Below, piece by piece: positions 1 to 9,881 of a stretch of 64,000 nt of DNA. Under the pieces are notes generated by a model. The model was not told the DNA's origin. It did no database searches and worked only from the letters and a program-made list of their open reading frames with translations. Position numbers and translations under genes: made by a program. Position 1 is the stretch's first letter; every line of letters begins with the position of its first letter. Location: positions 55,192 through 119,191 of IMG/VR virus record IMGVR_UViG_2551306228_000004; one strand, 5' to 3'. The DNA is from a virus. Taxonomy: Duplodnaviria; Caudoviricetes.

Positions 1-1989
1 TGGACCATTGAGTGAAAGCCAGCCCTCATCATCCCACGAACCGTCTGTCGCACCAACAGGTGGAGATAGATAGTCGCCCTCCGCACGCTTGGGATTAATA
101 GAGGATTCTACCGACCAATTTCCTAAAATAGCTGCGATAGCTTGATCGGTCGCACCTTTGCTTTTAAGATAGTCATAAATTGCCTTGGCTCTCTCGAACT
201 CATCGCCGCCAAACTGCCCGATAGTTGGAAGAATGGTGGTCTGAACCTGAATCACTTTTGGAAAGTAGAATGCTGGATTGACATAGACCAACTTATCCGT
301 GTCATCATCAACCTTTTGATAGGTGACTTTTAGACCCATTCCGTCCTTGGTTTGACCAATAATGTCTCCTGCCAAGACTTGTTGATTTTCGCTCACTCGG
401 CCTGAATGAATGCCAAACAAGGTTAGTTTAGTCTTATTAACTCCCTTACCAGATGTCAAAATAACATTCTCTCCATCAAGAGATACCTTGCCATCCATCG
501 GAGACACAATGACTTGACCTTCTTTTGCTTCTAAGATGATATGGTGATGAAGCGTTGGTTTCTCATCAATGACCTCATAACCATATCGGTAGGTCATGTT
601 TAAGCTATCCTCATCGGTCTGTCCCTGAAAGGGATTGTCCAATTCTTGAAGGGCTAAATAGTTGCCTTCTTCGGTCAACTCCTTTAGTTCTTCTTGGTCC
701 TCATCAGACAGCTTGTAAGCAGGTTCCTTATACAAGTCAGACATGGATTTAATAGAATCTCCACCGTTTAAGTCCGACCACAGTTGACTGAGAAATTCTT
801 TGTAGGTTGTTCCGCTTGTCTCTATGAAATCATCTAACTTGTAGTCTTGGTATTGATGATTCATGTAAACCATAACCTCATCAATCTTGGTGTAATAGGT
901 AATTCCCTTTTCGTTGGTTCTTGTATGCTCCGCATCTTCCCACGTCATGTGGGTATAGGCCTTGGTCAATTCCATCTCATCTTGTTGAATGACACTGCTA
1001 CCTGAGACACTCATGAAAAAGCTCATCATCAAAAGGAGTATCAAGAGAATGCCTGAGACAATCCAAGTCAAAGGATTTCCCGCAAGGACAGAAAAGAAAG
1101 TCATACTTCCCTTAATGGCTTGGACGATTCCTTTGAAACCTGCGACACTTTGTTTTCTGGCAAGCTTTAAAAAGGTATGGTAGCGTCTTCTTGGTTTAAG
1201 AGGTTTCTGGCGTGTGAATCCTTTTCCCTTTTTGAAGTTCTGGAATCTTTCCTTTCCATGAGAAAATTTTGTTTTGGTAAACCGCACACCAGTCTGTCCA
1301 CTTTTTACTGCCACCTTACCTGCTTGATAAGTAAACCTGCCATAGCGTCTGGCTTTCAAACTAGTATCCTTCATGGTTCTTAGACCATCTAAATCATCCT
1401 CCTGTGCTATCAGGTCAAGGGATTCAGATGCAGCCAAGCCTAATCCAGCTTTGACTTTGGTAGAGTTTTTCTTAGACTTTTGGACTTTCTTGAGTTGTTT
1501 AACCTCACGCTTGGCAGAACTTACGTCTTTTTCTGCACTTAGCCGATCAAATGATTTTTCTTGGTGAAACCGAAAGCGAGACTTCAGGGAAGGATTTTCT
1601 TTTTGGAAAGTAAACTTGGGATTAACTGCCTTTTGCTTCTCACTTAGTTTCACTTCTGACAAATGTTTTCTTGCCGTCCGCAAACGCTCTTGAGCTTGAG
1701 GAAGTCGATAGTTCTTGATTTCCTTTACCTTCAACAGTCTAGGAGAAACATAGGTAATTTCCTTTATGAACTTCTCTTCTGCTTCCTTTTGGCTACTGAG
1801 TAGATTTCCTTTTAACTCTGTTTTCTTTTCCTGAAACAGAGAATTTTTGGCTGGTTTTCGAAATCTTCCTTTTTTAGGAACAGTCTGTCTTAAGGTCCTA
1901 ACTTCTTTCCGATAATGCATACGGGCTGATTTTAAGTTGCTTCGAAAGTTTTGCCTAGCCTGTTTGACTAGCTTTTTATCCTCTTTCAT
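1..1989 (-). CDS. Conjugative cell-wall hydrolase (VirB1-like; M23-like and phage-tail-lysozyme domains), 3' end outside window
   Basis: ATG at 1989 (MKEDKKLVKQARQNF); not in the ORF track because no stop is reached before base 1; left end translates IAAILGNWSVESSINPKRAEGDY (lysozyme-2-like); directly follows virB4. Confidence 0.85.
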   Translation of the reverse strand, partial: MKEDKKLVKQARQNFRSNLKSARMHYRKEVRTLRQTVPKKGRFRKPAKNSLFQEKKTELKGNLLSSQKEAEEKFIKEITYVSPRLLKVKEIKNYRLPQAQERLRTARKHLSEVKLSEKQKAVNPKFTFQKENPSLKSRFRFHQEKSFDRLSAEKDVSSAKREVKQLKKVQKSKKNSTKVKAGLGLAASESLDLIAQEDDLDGLRTMKDTSLKARRYGRFTYQAGKVAVKSGQTGVRFTKTKFSHGKERFQNFKKGKGFTRQKPLKPRRRYHTFLKLARKQSVAGFKGIVQAIKGSMTFFSVLAGNPLTWIVSGILLILLLMMSFFMSVSGSSVIQQDEMELTKAYTHMTWEDAEHTRTNEKGITYYTKIDEVMVYMNHQYQDYKLDDFIETSGTTYKEFLSQLWSDLNGGDSIKSMSDLYKEPAYKLSDEDQEELKELTEEGNYLALQELDNPFQGQTDEDSLNMTYRYGYEVIDEKPTLHHHIILEAKEGQVIVSPMDGKVSLDGENVILTSGKGVNKTKLTLFGIHSGRVSENQQVLAGDIIGQTKDGMGLKVTYQKVDDDTDKLVYVNPAFYFPKVIQVQTTILPTIGQFGGDEFERAKAIYDYLKSKGATDQAIAAILGNWSVESSINPKRAEGDYLSPPVGATDGSWDDEGWLSLNGP

Positions 1990-1990
1990 C

Positions 1991-4342
1991 TCATGTCCTC
2001 ATTTTTTCAGGATCCGTACTCATGATATCAAAGAGCTTGGTATGTTGCGGAATCTTATTTTTAAATGGAACAACGGTGGAACCGGCCTTAATTAAGCCTG
2101 CCCCTTTTTCAGGATTGACTAAGTACTTCTCCAGCTCTTTAGAAAGCCCAAGCATATGCACCAATTCTTCGCGATCGCTCTTAGCCTGTTTTAAAAGAAT
2201 CATGAACTCGCTATTGGCAATAATGCGTCTGCCATTGGCATCCAAAAGAAGCGTTTCTACATTCTGAGTAATGCCTGTCGGTATCGCCCCATACTTACGG
2301 ACACGACTCCAAAGTTTGAAGAAGAAATCAGAGGCATACTTGTCTAATAAGAGAAGCTGCATCTCATCAAAGTATATCCAGGTTTTCTTCCCTAGTTTTT
2401 GGTTTTTTACCACACGATTCCAAATTTGATCAAAGATAACCATGAGGGCAATTTGTTTTAATTCATCGCCTAACTTTTTGACATTGTAAATCAGGAAATG
2501 ACTATCTGTTTTAATATTGGTCCTATGTGAAAATATGTCCAGCGACCCTTCCACATAGAGTTCCATATCCAGTGCCAAGTCCTTAGCTTCCTGTTCAGGT
2601 TGTTGGGACAAGACAAAGACCCATTCGACCAAGGACGGTGTGTCAAAATGCTTATAGGTGAGTCGTGTCACACGGTCAATCAAGGACTTCTCACGACCAT
2701 CCATTTTTCGATCCAAGAGCTTCCCAATCCAAGACAAGAGAAATTCGGACTTAACCTTAACAGGATCCTCATCCATATTCTCATCAGATAGATCTAAGAC
2801 ATTTAAGAAGGTAGTGGAATCTGGAGCAATATCAATACTCTCCCCACCAAAGGCTTGGCCGATAATACTGTACTCATTTTCTGGGTCAACAATAATAATT
2901 TCAGTATCACTATCTGCTTCCTTGAGCTTAGTAGAGATGATTTCATGTTTTGTCGCCATCCCTTTTCCAGCTCCAGAAGTCCCTAAAATCAAACCTGACG
3001 GAGTATTTAACTTGCCACGGTCAATACTGATGATATTACTTGAGATTTGATTGATGCCATAAAATTTCCCACCCTTGTCCTGAATATCAACGGAAGTCCA
3101 AGGTGCATTCACGGTAATATTTGAAGTCAATAGAGACCGAGAAACACCTTCAAGATAGTTCTTCCCAAATGGCAAGAGACTATTAAAAGCAGCTTCTTGC
3201 ATATAGGTCAAGTTATCGATAATCATATCATTAGACCCTGCCACTTGCTTGATAATATCAAGAGATTGTTTGAGTTGGTCTTCAGTATCCGCAAGCACGC
3301 CAATTAGAAATACGGTGTCAAACAGTTTATCTCCTGTTTGGGTCATGGTTTGAAGAAGAGCCTCAGCTTCATCGATGTTGTTCTCAAGAACATGCCCGAC
3401 CTTCTCCAAATAGATACCTGTCCGAGCCATCTTTTGTTGTTCCCCAATCTTTTGCGATTCCATCAAGGTTTTCTTGGTTCGCAGCTTGGTCATGGTTTCA
3501 GACTTGGTAGAGCCTTTGGCATGTAGGCTAATCATCACTTCCAAATCTGACTGCATTAAGTCTCGAATAAATTTATCCCCTAACTCCATACCATAGTCAC
3601 GAACATAAACAATCTGTAATAATCGATCGTCCAATTCAATATGATTCTTATGTTTAAAGGAAAGGTAGGTTGGGGCAATAAAGTGTTTGGTGGATTGACC
3701 TGAGAGGGTCAAATCCTTGTATGAGAACGGTGAATGATTTTCACCACGCAACATATCCGCAAGGACATTCACTCGCTCCTCTCCACCAAGTAAACCAAGA
3801 GATACAGCAATCTCTGAAAAGCCACTCTTGAAATATTCCCCAATCTGTGACAGAGAACGAAAAGCTAGTTTTGGTGTTTGGTCGCTCTTGCCAAATGAAA
3901 GAAACTTGACAGCTGAAAAGTTGTTCTCACCCGCCTCTAAGTTGGCATCCATCATGCGATTCAATTCATCACGATAAGCATCAAACCCATCTTCCTGCAA
4001 GGGATAGAGAATACTCTTACGGAATTTTTCCAGATTGACCTTTTGATTGAAAATGGTCAGTTGGAAATTGGTCTGATCATCCAGTGAATTGATTAAATCG
4101 GAATATTTCTCAACAATAGCTCCTTTATCGTCTAAGCCAACTGTTTGATAATTGACATCTCCTAAAAGATAGGTTTGTGAGAAATGGCTTGGACTGACCT
4201 GCATAAGGCCATTCTGAAAAAGCCCTTGATAGGCTAACGTATTTACGGTAGAAGGTCTGATCTCCTGCTTCTGTATTTTCGTCTTTTGATTTTTGTCATT
4301 AGAAGAGGTCTTTGGTTTCATTGAGTGTTTTAATTTTTTCAC
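1991..4342 (-). CDS. virB4: VirB4-like T4SS ATPase
   Basis: 783 aa, Walker A GTSGAGKG, Walker B YFDEMQ, RVRKYGAIPTGITQN. Confidence 0.93.
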   Translation of the reverse strand: MKKLKHSMKPKTSSNDKNQKTKIQKQEIRPSTVNTLAYQGLFQNGLMQVSPSHFSQTYLLGDVNYQTVGLDDKGAIVEKYSDLINSLDDQTNFQLTIFNQKVNLEKFRKSILYPLQEDGFDAYRDELNRMMDANLEAGENNFSAVKFLSFGKSDQTPKLAFRSLSQIGEYFKSGFSEIAVSLGLLGGEERVNVLADMLRGENHSPFSYKDLTLSGQSTKHFIAPTYLSFKHKNHIELDDRLLQIVYVRDYGMELGDKFIRDLMQSDLEVMISLHAKGSTKSETMTKLRTKKTLMESQKIGEQQKMARTGIYLEKVGHVLENNIDEAEALLQTMTQTGDKLFDTVFLIGVLADTEDQLKQSLDIIKQVAGSNDMIIDNLTYMQEAAFNSLLPFGKNYLEGVSRSLLTSNITVNAPWTSVDIQDKGGKFYGINQISSNIISIDRGKLNTPSGLILGTSGAGKGMATKHEIISTKLKEADSDTEIIIVDPENEYSIIGQAFGGESIDIAPDSTTFLNVLDLSDENMDEDPVKVKSEFLLSWIGKLLDRKMDGREKSLIDRVTRLTYKHFDTPSLVEWVFVLSQQPEQEAKDLALDMELYVEGSLDIFSHRTNIKTDSHFLIYNVKKLGDELKQIALMVIFDQIWNRVVKNQKLGKKTWIYFDEMQLLLLDKYASDFFFKLWSRVRKYGAIPTGITQNVETLLLDANGRRIIANSEFMILLKQAKSDREELVHMLGLSKELEKYLVNPEKGAGLIKAGSTVVPFKNKIPQHTKLFDIMSTDPEKMRT

Positions 4343-4652
4343 GTTGGTCTCCTTTTCTTCCAGTAAATGTACGATCTGGTACTGTTAGTTCATAATGAAA
4401 ACGGTACTTGAGGTAGGTTTCAAATGGTAAATCGTTGGGGCGATAGACCCCAAATAACATGAGTGGAATGGTAAAGCTAAAAACAAAACCATAGACAAAC
4501 CAATCCCCAAATTGCCAATAAAATAGGTTCAAGCCCAATACCAAAATGGTTAGGGCGACAGCTGGAAATACAAAAATAACCTGTCTAGTTGTAAATCCTA
4601 GCCATGCCCTGTGTTGAACCTTTGAGATGTCCTTAAAGACACGAGTGTTCAT
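4299..4652 (-). CDS. prgI: PrgI-family membrane protein
   Basis: MNTRVFKDISKVQHRAWLGFTTRQ, two TM segments, upstream of virB4; start re-assigned to ATG 4652. Confidence 0.85.
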   Translation of the reverse strand: MNTRVFKDISKVQHRAWLGFTTRQVIFVFPAVALTILVLGLNLFYWQFGDWFVYGFVFSFTIPLMLFGVYRPNDLPFETYLKYRFHYELTVPDRTFTGRKGDQREKIKTLNETKDLF

Positions 4653-4713
4653 AAATGTTCTCCAATCTAAGTAAGCTATAAAAAGAGGAGGCGAGATAAT
4701 GACTCCCTTCCTC

Positions 4714-5568
4714 CTACATCCCCAAAATACTTCGGGCGGTTCGTTGACTGCCAACTAAGGCAATGATTAACAATATAGCCTGTACCAAGCCACCAAACAT
4801 AATGGCGAGTGATTCCATCACTCCAGCTCCATTTGATACGGCAATCTTTCCAGCCGATTCAAACAAGGGAACAAGAGATACAATTAGAAAAATCAAAATA
4901 CCTTGAACGGCATAGACCATGATGTTTTTAAGGTAACCAATCCCAACACTTCTCCAGTCATCACTAAGGAAGGTCGGAATGGTAACAGGGGCAAAAGGAA
5001 TCATCAGATAGAGTTGGATAAAGCGAATGGTAATCAAGATATTGACAACCATGATGCTGGCCATTCGTACCAACCAAATGAGAATCGCAAAAAAGCCAAT
5101 AATCATTTTTCCTACAATTCCAGATCCCTTAATGCCTGAGATGGTATCATAATTAGCACCACCATTCGTGACAAGACTTGCCACTTGTTCAATAACATAA
5201 GAGGCAATGGAAATAATGGCTTCCACAATAACCGTCGTATTGGTAATCACGACCGCGACCATGATGTAGCTGACAATCATAGGTGCCATGGCTTCAAAGG
5301 TCATTGCACCACCTGAGTTTGCGATTTTCTTGGCCATTTTTGAAAATTCGAGTACGAGAACAACCGCAAGAATAGCTACTCCCAAGGGCTGCATAATCCC
5401 CTTGGTAATGGCTGTCATGTAAGACCACACCGTCGGATTAAAGTCCGCTAGTGACTTAACCAAGTTGGCGGTTGATTCTAAATCCACTTGAAACCCTTCA
5501 AAAAGGCTATCGCTAGATACTTTTTCAGAGGCTAGATATACAAAAGGTGATGTAAAATTCATCATCAT
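4714..5568 (-). CDS. VirB6-like polytopic T4SS membrane protein
   Basis: 284 aa, multiple TM helices, canonical position between virD4 and prgI. Confidence 0.85.
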   Translation of the reverse strand: MMMNFTSPFVYLASEKVSSDSLFEGFQVDLESTANLVKSLADFNPTVWSYMTAITKGIMQPLGVAILAVVLVLEFSKMAKKIANSGGAMTFEAMAPMIVSYIMVAVVITNTTVIVEAIISIASYVIEQVASLVTNGGANYDTISGIKGSGIVGKMIIGFFAILIWLVRMASIMVVNILITIRFIQLYLMIPFAPVTIPTFLSDDWRSVGIGYLKNIMVYAVQGILIFLIVSLVPLFESAGKIAVSNGAGVMESLAIMFGGLVQAILLIIALVGSQRTARSILGM

Positions 5569-5586
5569 GTCATGTGCTGTCCTCCC

Positions 5587-5841
5587 CTAAATGGTAATCT
5601 GAGTCACAAAAGCACCCGCGGCTCCCACCATGACTCCACCAACAATTTCTAGAATGGCATTTCGGACACCTGGCCCACCATCTTTAATGTTGGTTGAAAG
5701 GTTGATAATGCCCATTACAACAAGAAAGGCTCCTACTGCAATTAAGCCTTTTTGTAATAGAGACATGGCTTGGGAGAACATGGAGCTGGCGTCCACTCCG
5801 TAAACAAAGCCTGTTAGTTTTTGATTCATATAATTCCTCAT
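5587..5841 (-). CDS. Small two-TM conjugation protein (VirB2/Maff2-like)
   Basis: 80-84 aa hydrophobic hairpin between virD4 and virB6. Confidence 0.7.
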   Translation of the reverse strand: MRNYMNQKLTGFVYGVDASSMFSQAMSLLQKGLIAVGAFLVVMGIINLSTNIKDGGPGVRNAILEIVGGVMVGAAGAFVTQITI

Positions 5842-5846
5842 TTCTA

Positions 5847-7664
5847 TTAATGTAATGTCGTTTCTGTGCTTAAATCCCTTATTTTATGACCTGACAAATC
5901 TACCTCTTCCTCAGCGGTTAGGGGATCGATGTGATAGTGCCACCAGCGTTCATCAGATTCCTTATCCGCAAGCCATTTCCAATTCTTATGTTTGAGTGGA
6001 AAATATTTCTTGGTTCGAAAAACAGGAACCCCTGCAATGCGTACAAGACATTCATCTCGTTTCATATTCCCTACTTCATCAGCCGTCATCAAGTCACGAG
6101 CAATTTTCTGGTGAGAGGTGGAACTTGAGCCAGTCTGCCCAAAAGAACGACTGGTACTTCTGACATCAATGGTTTGTTTGCCTAATAGACCACTCATAAA
6201 TTTGAAAGTTTCCTCGTCATTTCCACCCAAATAGAGGAGGCTGTCACAGTTCCCCAGTATAGTTTTCCAAGCCTCTTTTTCCTTATAAAGTCCTTGGAGT
6301 TGAGCAATATTTTGCAAGATTGGAACTAGACTCATGTTCCTAGAGCGAACTGTTGAGGTTTGTTCAGCGAAGTCGGGGATTTCTCCGACATTCGCAAACT
6401 CATCCAGATAACTTCTAACATGAATAGGCAGGTGCCCTTTAAAGTCAACATCAGCCTGTCTGGTCAAAGTGGAAAAAACCGTAGAGAAAAATAAAGCAGA
6501 TAGGAAACGAAAGGTCGTATCATTGTCTGGAATAACAAGATAGACCATGGTCTTTTGAGTGCCCCACGTTTTCAAATCCATAGTGTCTCTTTGCGTCAAA
6601 TCAATCACCGATTGGATATTAAAGAGGGCAAATTTAGCTGTTGTGACCGCAATCACCGAATCCAATGTCTTATCCTTATAGTTTTGAAAATCTGCCCAGT
6701 TTCTCATGGTAAAGTTCTCGTGACCGTATTTTTTAGCGTAATCTTCAAACAGGACTTCAAGAACACTTTTGTCCTGATTATCTCCCTTTGATAAGAGTTT
6801 GATGAGTTTACCAATCTCAGAAAAGGCTGGATAACGGCCACGCTTACGTCTTGCTTCCTGCTCTTCCTTGGAACTTCCTGGAGGATTGTAAAAATCCACC
6901 AAATAAGAGGCAATAGCTCTCACCAATGTCATGGAAGCCTCGTCCCAAAATGGATCACTGCGAGAACCATTTCCTTTGGTATTATTAAAATAGACCGTTA
7001 ACATGCGGTTCAAATCATTCTCTGTTTCTACAAAACGAAAGGGATTAAAACCGTCTGAATTGGTCATATTAACCAAGTCTAAAACCTTGACCTGATAACC
7101 GTTTTCTAAAAAGAGTTTACCTGTCTTCTCAGCCAAATGGTCTTTCGGATCTACGACAATATTGGAACAATTAAGTTGGATAAGGTTGGGTTTAACAAAT
7201 CGAAAGGTCTTGCCTGCCCCAGAACCCCCAATGACAATCAAATTTTTATTTCGGTCAAACTGGGGTTTCTTCCTTTCCAACAAGGTTAGACGAACATCAC
7301 GAGCCAAAATCGTGTCATTGAAAGGATTCTTACTGTAAAAGTTCCGCTTTTCCTTACTGTTTCCAAATCGTGCAGAACCGTATTCTTCCCCTTCTCGATA
7401 GACCTTCTGTCCTGTCGATACATAAAGATAGACTAGCGTCATCGTTAGAACCCCAAGGATAAAGGCAAGAAGAGATTTTTGAGTAAAGGAAAATAGCCAT
7501 AAAGGATTGAAAACCTGATTTAACCCCTCTCCTAAGAGGTAGGCAATACGTTCCATAGGTGGGGCATTGGTTAAACTATCATAGAGCAGGGTTAGACGAT
7601 GGCAGAAATAACCAAAGGCGAGCCCCAAGAGTCCAAAGACAAATGCTTTTTGCCTGGAATACAT
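5847..7664 (-). CDS. virD4: VirD4/TraG coupling protein
   Basis: 605 aa, N-terminal TMs, GGSGAGKT, YLDEFANVG. Confidence 0.93.
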   Translation of the reverse strand: MYSRQKAFVFGLLGLAFGYFCHRLTLLYDSLTNAPPMERIAYLLGEGLNQVFNPLWLFSFTQKSLLAFILGVLTMTLVYLYVSTGQKVYREGEEYGSARFGNSKEKRNFYSKNPFNDTILARDVRLTLLERKKPQFDRNKNLIVIGGSGAGKTFRFVKPNLIQLNCSNIVVDPKDHLAEKTGKLFLENGYQVKVLDLVNMTNSDGFNPFRFVETENDLNRMLTVYFNNTKGNGSRSDPFWDEASMTLVRAIASYLVDFYNPPGSSKEEQEARRKRGRYPAFSEIGKLIKLLSKGDNQDKSVLEVLFEDYAKKYGHENFTMRNWADFQNYKDKTLDSVIAVTTAKFALFNIQSVIDLTQRDTMDLKTWGTQKTMVYLVIPDNDTTFRFLSALFFSTVFSTLTRQADVDFKGHLPIHVRSYLDEFANVGEIPDFAEQTSTVRSRNMSLVPILQNIAQLQGLYKEKEAWKTILGNCDSLLYLGGNDEETFKFMSGLLGKQTIDVRSTSRSFGQTGSSSTSHQKIARDLMTADEVGNMKRDECLVRIAGVPVFRTKKYFPLKHKNWKWLADKESDERWWHYHIDPLTAEEEVDLSGHKIRDLSTETTLH

Positions 7665-8152
7665 TACAAGGTCACCTCCTTGGTTTTGACTGCCGAAGGT
7701 TCTGTCACTCTAATTTTCTCTTTGGCCAGTTCTATCTCTTGATCCAAGGTTTTATCAAAGGTTAAACCTTCTAGCTTCTCTGGATTAGACATCAGTTTCT
7801 TCAACAATTCATCCAAGTGATGATCAAGCAAGGTCTTATCCTTGGCATAAAAGTAGAGATAGTCTTTTTGCCAACTAATTGCGATTGGCAGTTTTTCTGA
7901 CTCCATCAACTCCTTAAATTTCTCCACATCGATTGGCTTATCCAATATGTCTTTACTAACATCAATCGCTTCAATGGCGTAAGGGCTTTGAAGAAGTTCT
8001 TCCAGTTTTTGAACCCCAATCTTATAAGCTGAATCTTGAGCTAAGGCTTGCCTAGCCGACCATTCTAAGAGCTTTAAGAGGGTTCTAACTGTCAATAAAC
8101 TACTTCTTTCCACGTATTGCATCGCTTGACGTTCTTGTTGTTCAGATGACAT
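7664..8152 (-). CDS. Conserved ICE protein upstream of virD4 (PcfB/DUF3801-like)
   Basis: GAGGAGG RBS before ATG 8152 (MSSEQQERQ); stop overlaps virD4 start. Confidence 0.65.
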   Translation of the reverse strand: MSSEQQERQAMQYVERSSLLTVRTLLKLLEWSARQALAQDSAYKIGVQKLEELLQSPYAIEAIDVSKDILDKPIDVEKFKELMESEKLPIAISWQKDYLYFYAKDKTLLDHHLDELLKKLMSNPEKLEGLTFDKTLDQEIELAKEKIRVTEPSAVKTKEVTL

Positions 8153-8229
8153 GGTGACCTCCTCTTTTTTTCGATTCCCTCTCAAACATAAGGTGTTTCC
8201 ATAATACGGAAGCACTCTTGATTTTGGTA

Positions 8230-8820
8230 TCACAAGAAAGTTACGACATAAGCCAAACTATTCCAAAGTAAATGTAAGGCGATTGCCGTCATACAATCAG
8301 TTTTCAATCGAACAACAGCCAAGGTCAAGCCAAGACAGCTATACATGAGCCAACTCCCTAACTGATTAGGTCCATGGGATAGAACAAAGAGAAAACTGGT
8401 CACGCCTATTTGTTCAAAAGGGAATGTCAATTTTTCCCACAGCAATTGCCTGTAAACAATCTCTTCAAGAATACTTGCATTGACCAGAAACAATAAAAAG
8501 ATAATAGGAGGAACCTGTTTTCCTACTTGTAACAAGACCGCTTGATTCCTAGACTGAACTGGAAATAGGAAGCTGATGAAGACTGCAAAAGCAACCATAC
8601 ACACAAAACCAAGAAGCAACCATCTTAGACGATTGCTTAAGGTTATTTTTTTTGCTTGAAGAGTTTTATGACGGGCAATCTCTAAGCAAGTCACACTTAA
8701 TAGGACCAATTGTAGCAAGACTAATACCTTAATCGACATATAGTCTTGTAGGCATAAACTCACCAGAAGTCCGTTAAGCAGTATGGCTAGATAAAACACC
8801 ACTATCCTTATCATTGTCAC
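8230..8820 (-). CDS. CPBP/CAAX-family intramembrane protease
   Basis: LEEIVYR, FVLSH, ALHLLWN motifs. Confidence 0.85.
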   Translation of the reverse strand: MTMIRIVVFYLAILLNGLLVSLCLQDYMSIKVLVLLQLVLLSVTCLEIARHKTLQAKKITLSNRLRWLLLGFVCMVAFAVFISFLFPVQSRNQAVLLQVGKQVPPIIFLLFLVNASILEEIVYRQLLWEKLTFPFEQIGVTSFLFVLSHGPNQLGSWLMYSCLGLTLAVVRLKTDCMTAIALHLLWNSLAYVVTFL

Positions 8821-9056
8821 CTCTTGAATAAATCTTCATAATCAATATCTAAGACTAGAACGATTCGCTCAACCCATCTTGTTTGTGGCATCAGACGATT
8901 AGATTTGTAATGCCGTAATTTTTGATAGAGGCGATTAAATTCACTTGGATAAACATATTGACCTTTGAATACTTTGCGAGCTAGTTCTGCCCAAGTGATT
9001 TCTCTTTCTGAGAGTATGATTTCTAAATTATCCCAAAATCGTTCATTCATCTTCAC
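8817..9056 (-). CDS. Small XRE-like DNA-binding protein
   Basis: 79 aa, ITWAELARKV...RIVLVLDIDYEDLF helical pattern. Confidence 0.55.
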   Translation of the reverse strand: MKMNERFWDNLEIILSEREITWAELARKVFKGQYVYPSEFNRLYQKLRHYKSNRLMPQTRWVERIVLVLDIDYEDLFKR

Positions 9057-9058
9057 AC

Positions 9059-9442
9059 CTACCCTGTCACTTGTTTCATCAGACTGGCCTGAAACAGCTC
9101 TTCTTTTACTTGTCTGGGAAGAAAGGTACGCACTTCGTCTAGCCCAATGGCTGGATAGACGTGATTCTGACAGACAATGAGAGGCAGACGAAGGTTTTGG
9201 TCTGGCTTTTGGAGAATGAGCTGAATCATTTCATTCAAACTTATCGTATATTGACGCTTAAAGCGAAGAAATCGAGGCGACAGCAACTCAAAACAATCCG
9301 TGGTTTTGGCAAAGAGTGACAGTAAGATTTCACGGTTTACATCACACGCTTTTATACAACGATAAGTCACCCCATAGTTGGTCAAAATGGTAAGTAAGTC
9401 TTGATTTGTATTGGTATTATTTCCTAGATATACCTCAAGCAT
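9059..9442 (-). CDS. ArsC/Spx-like protein lacking CxxC
   Basis: 127 aa, ISLNEMIQLILQKPDQNLRLPLIV resembles the Spx C-terminal motif; GGAGGAG RBS. Confidence 0.65.
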   Translation of the reverse strand: MLEVYLGNNTNTNQDLLTILTNYGVTYRCIKACDVNREILLSLFAKTTDCFELLSPRFLRFKRQYTISLNEMIQLILQKPDQNLRLPLIVCQNHVYPAIGLDEVRTFLPRQVKEELFQASLMKQVTG

Positions 9443-9452
9443 AGGCTCCTCC

Positions 9453-9881
9453 TTATAGGGTTAGGCTATTTTCAACTGTTGGTTCAGGAGTTGAGAAATA
9501 GCGACTCATATCAATGGGCATCCGTCCTTCACCAAAGCACTTGACCGTCACTAGAGTCGTTAAAATGCCCTCCTTTCCCCTAGCAGAATAATTTTCACCA
9601 AAGGCACGAAAGGCCAGGTGATTGTCTTTCGTCAATAGTGTATCTACACCATTTTTAATATCCCTAGTTTCCATAAAATCCGAAATCCGATGAAGATTGG
9701 ATTCGTAGAATAGGGGATCATTCATCTCCTTGTGGTAATCATCTTCAAAAGTCACCTCAAAGTCACAATCAAAATTGGGGAGCGACAGTATCTTTTGTAA
9801 TAACTGTTTGGTTTCAACTTGGTGAATATGTTCTTCTAATTCAGTACAATCTAGGATACTTTTCTTATGTAGTAGGTTCAT
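9453..9881 (-). CDS. Conserved ICE hypothetical protein
   Basis: Likely start ATG 9881 (MNLLHKKS) after GAGGAAG, overlapping the MTase 3' end. Confidence 0.65.
   Translation of the reverse strand: MNLLHKKSILDCTELEEHIHQVETKQLLQKILSLPNFDCDFEVTFEDDYHKEMNDPLFYESNLHRISDFMETRDIKNGVDTLLTKDNHLAFRAFGENYSARGKEGILTTLVTVKCFGEGRMPIDMSRYFSTPEPTVENSLTL

Noticed and set aside
142-1567. Short plus-strand ORFs in the track
   Set aside because: Antisense shadows of the minus-strand hydrolase gene that runs off the window
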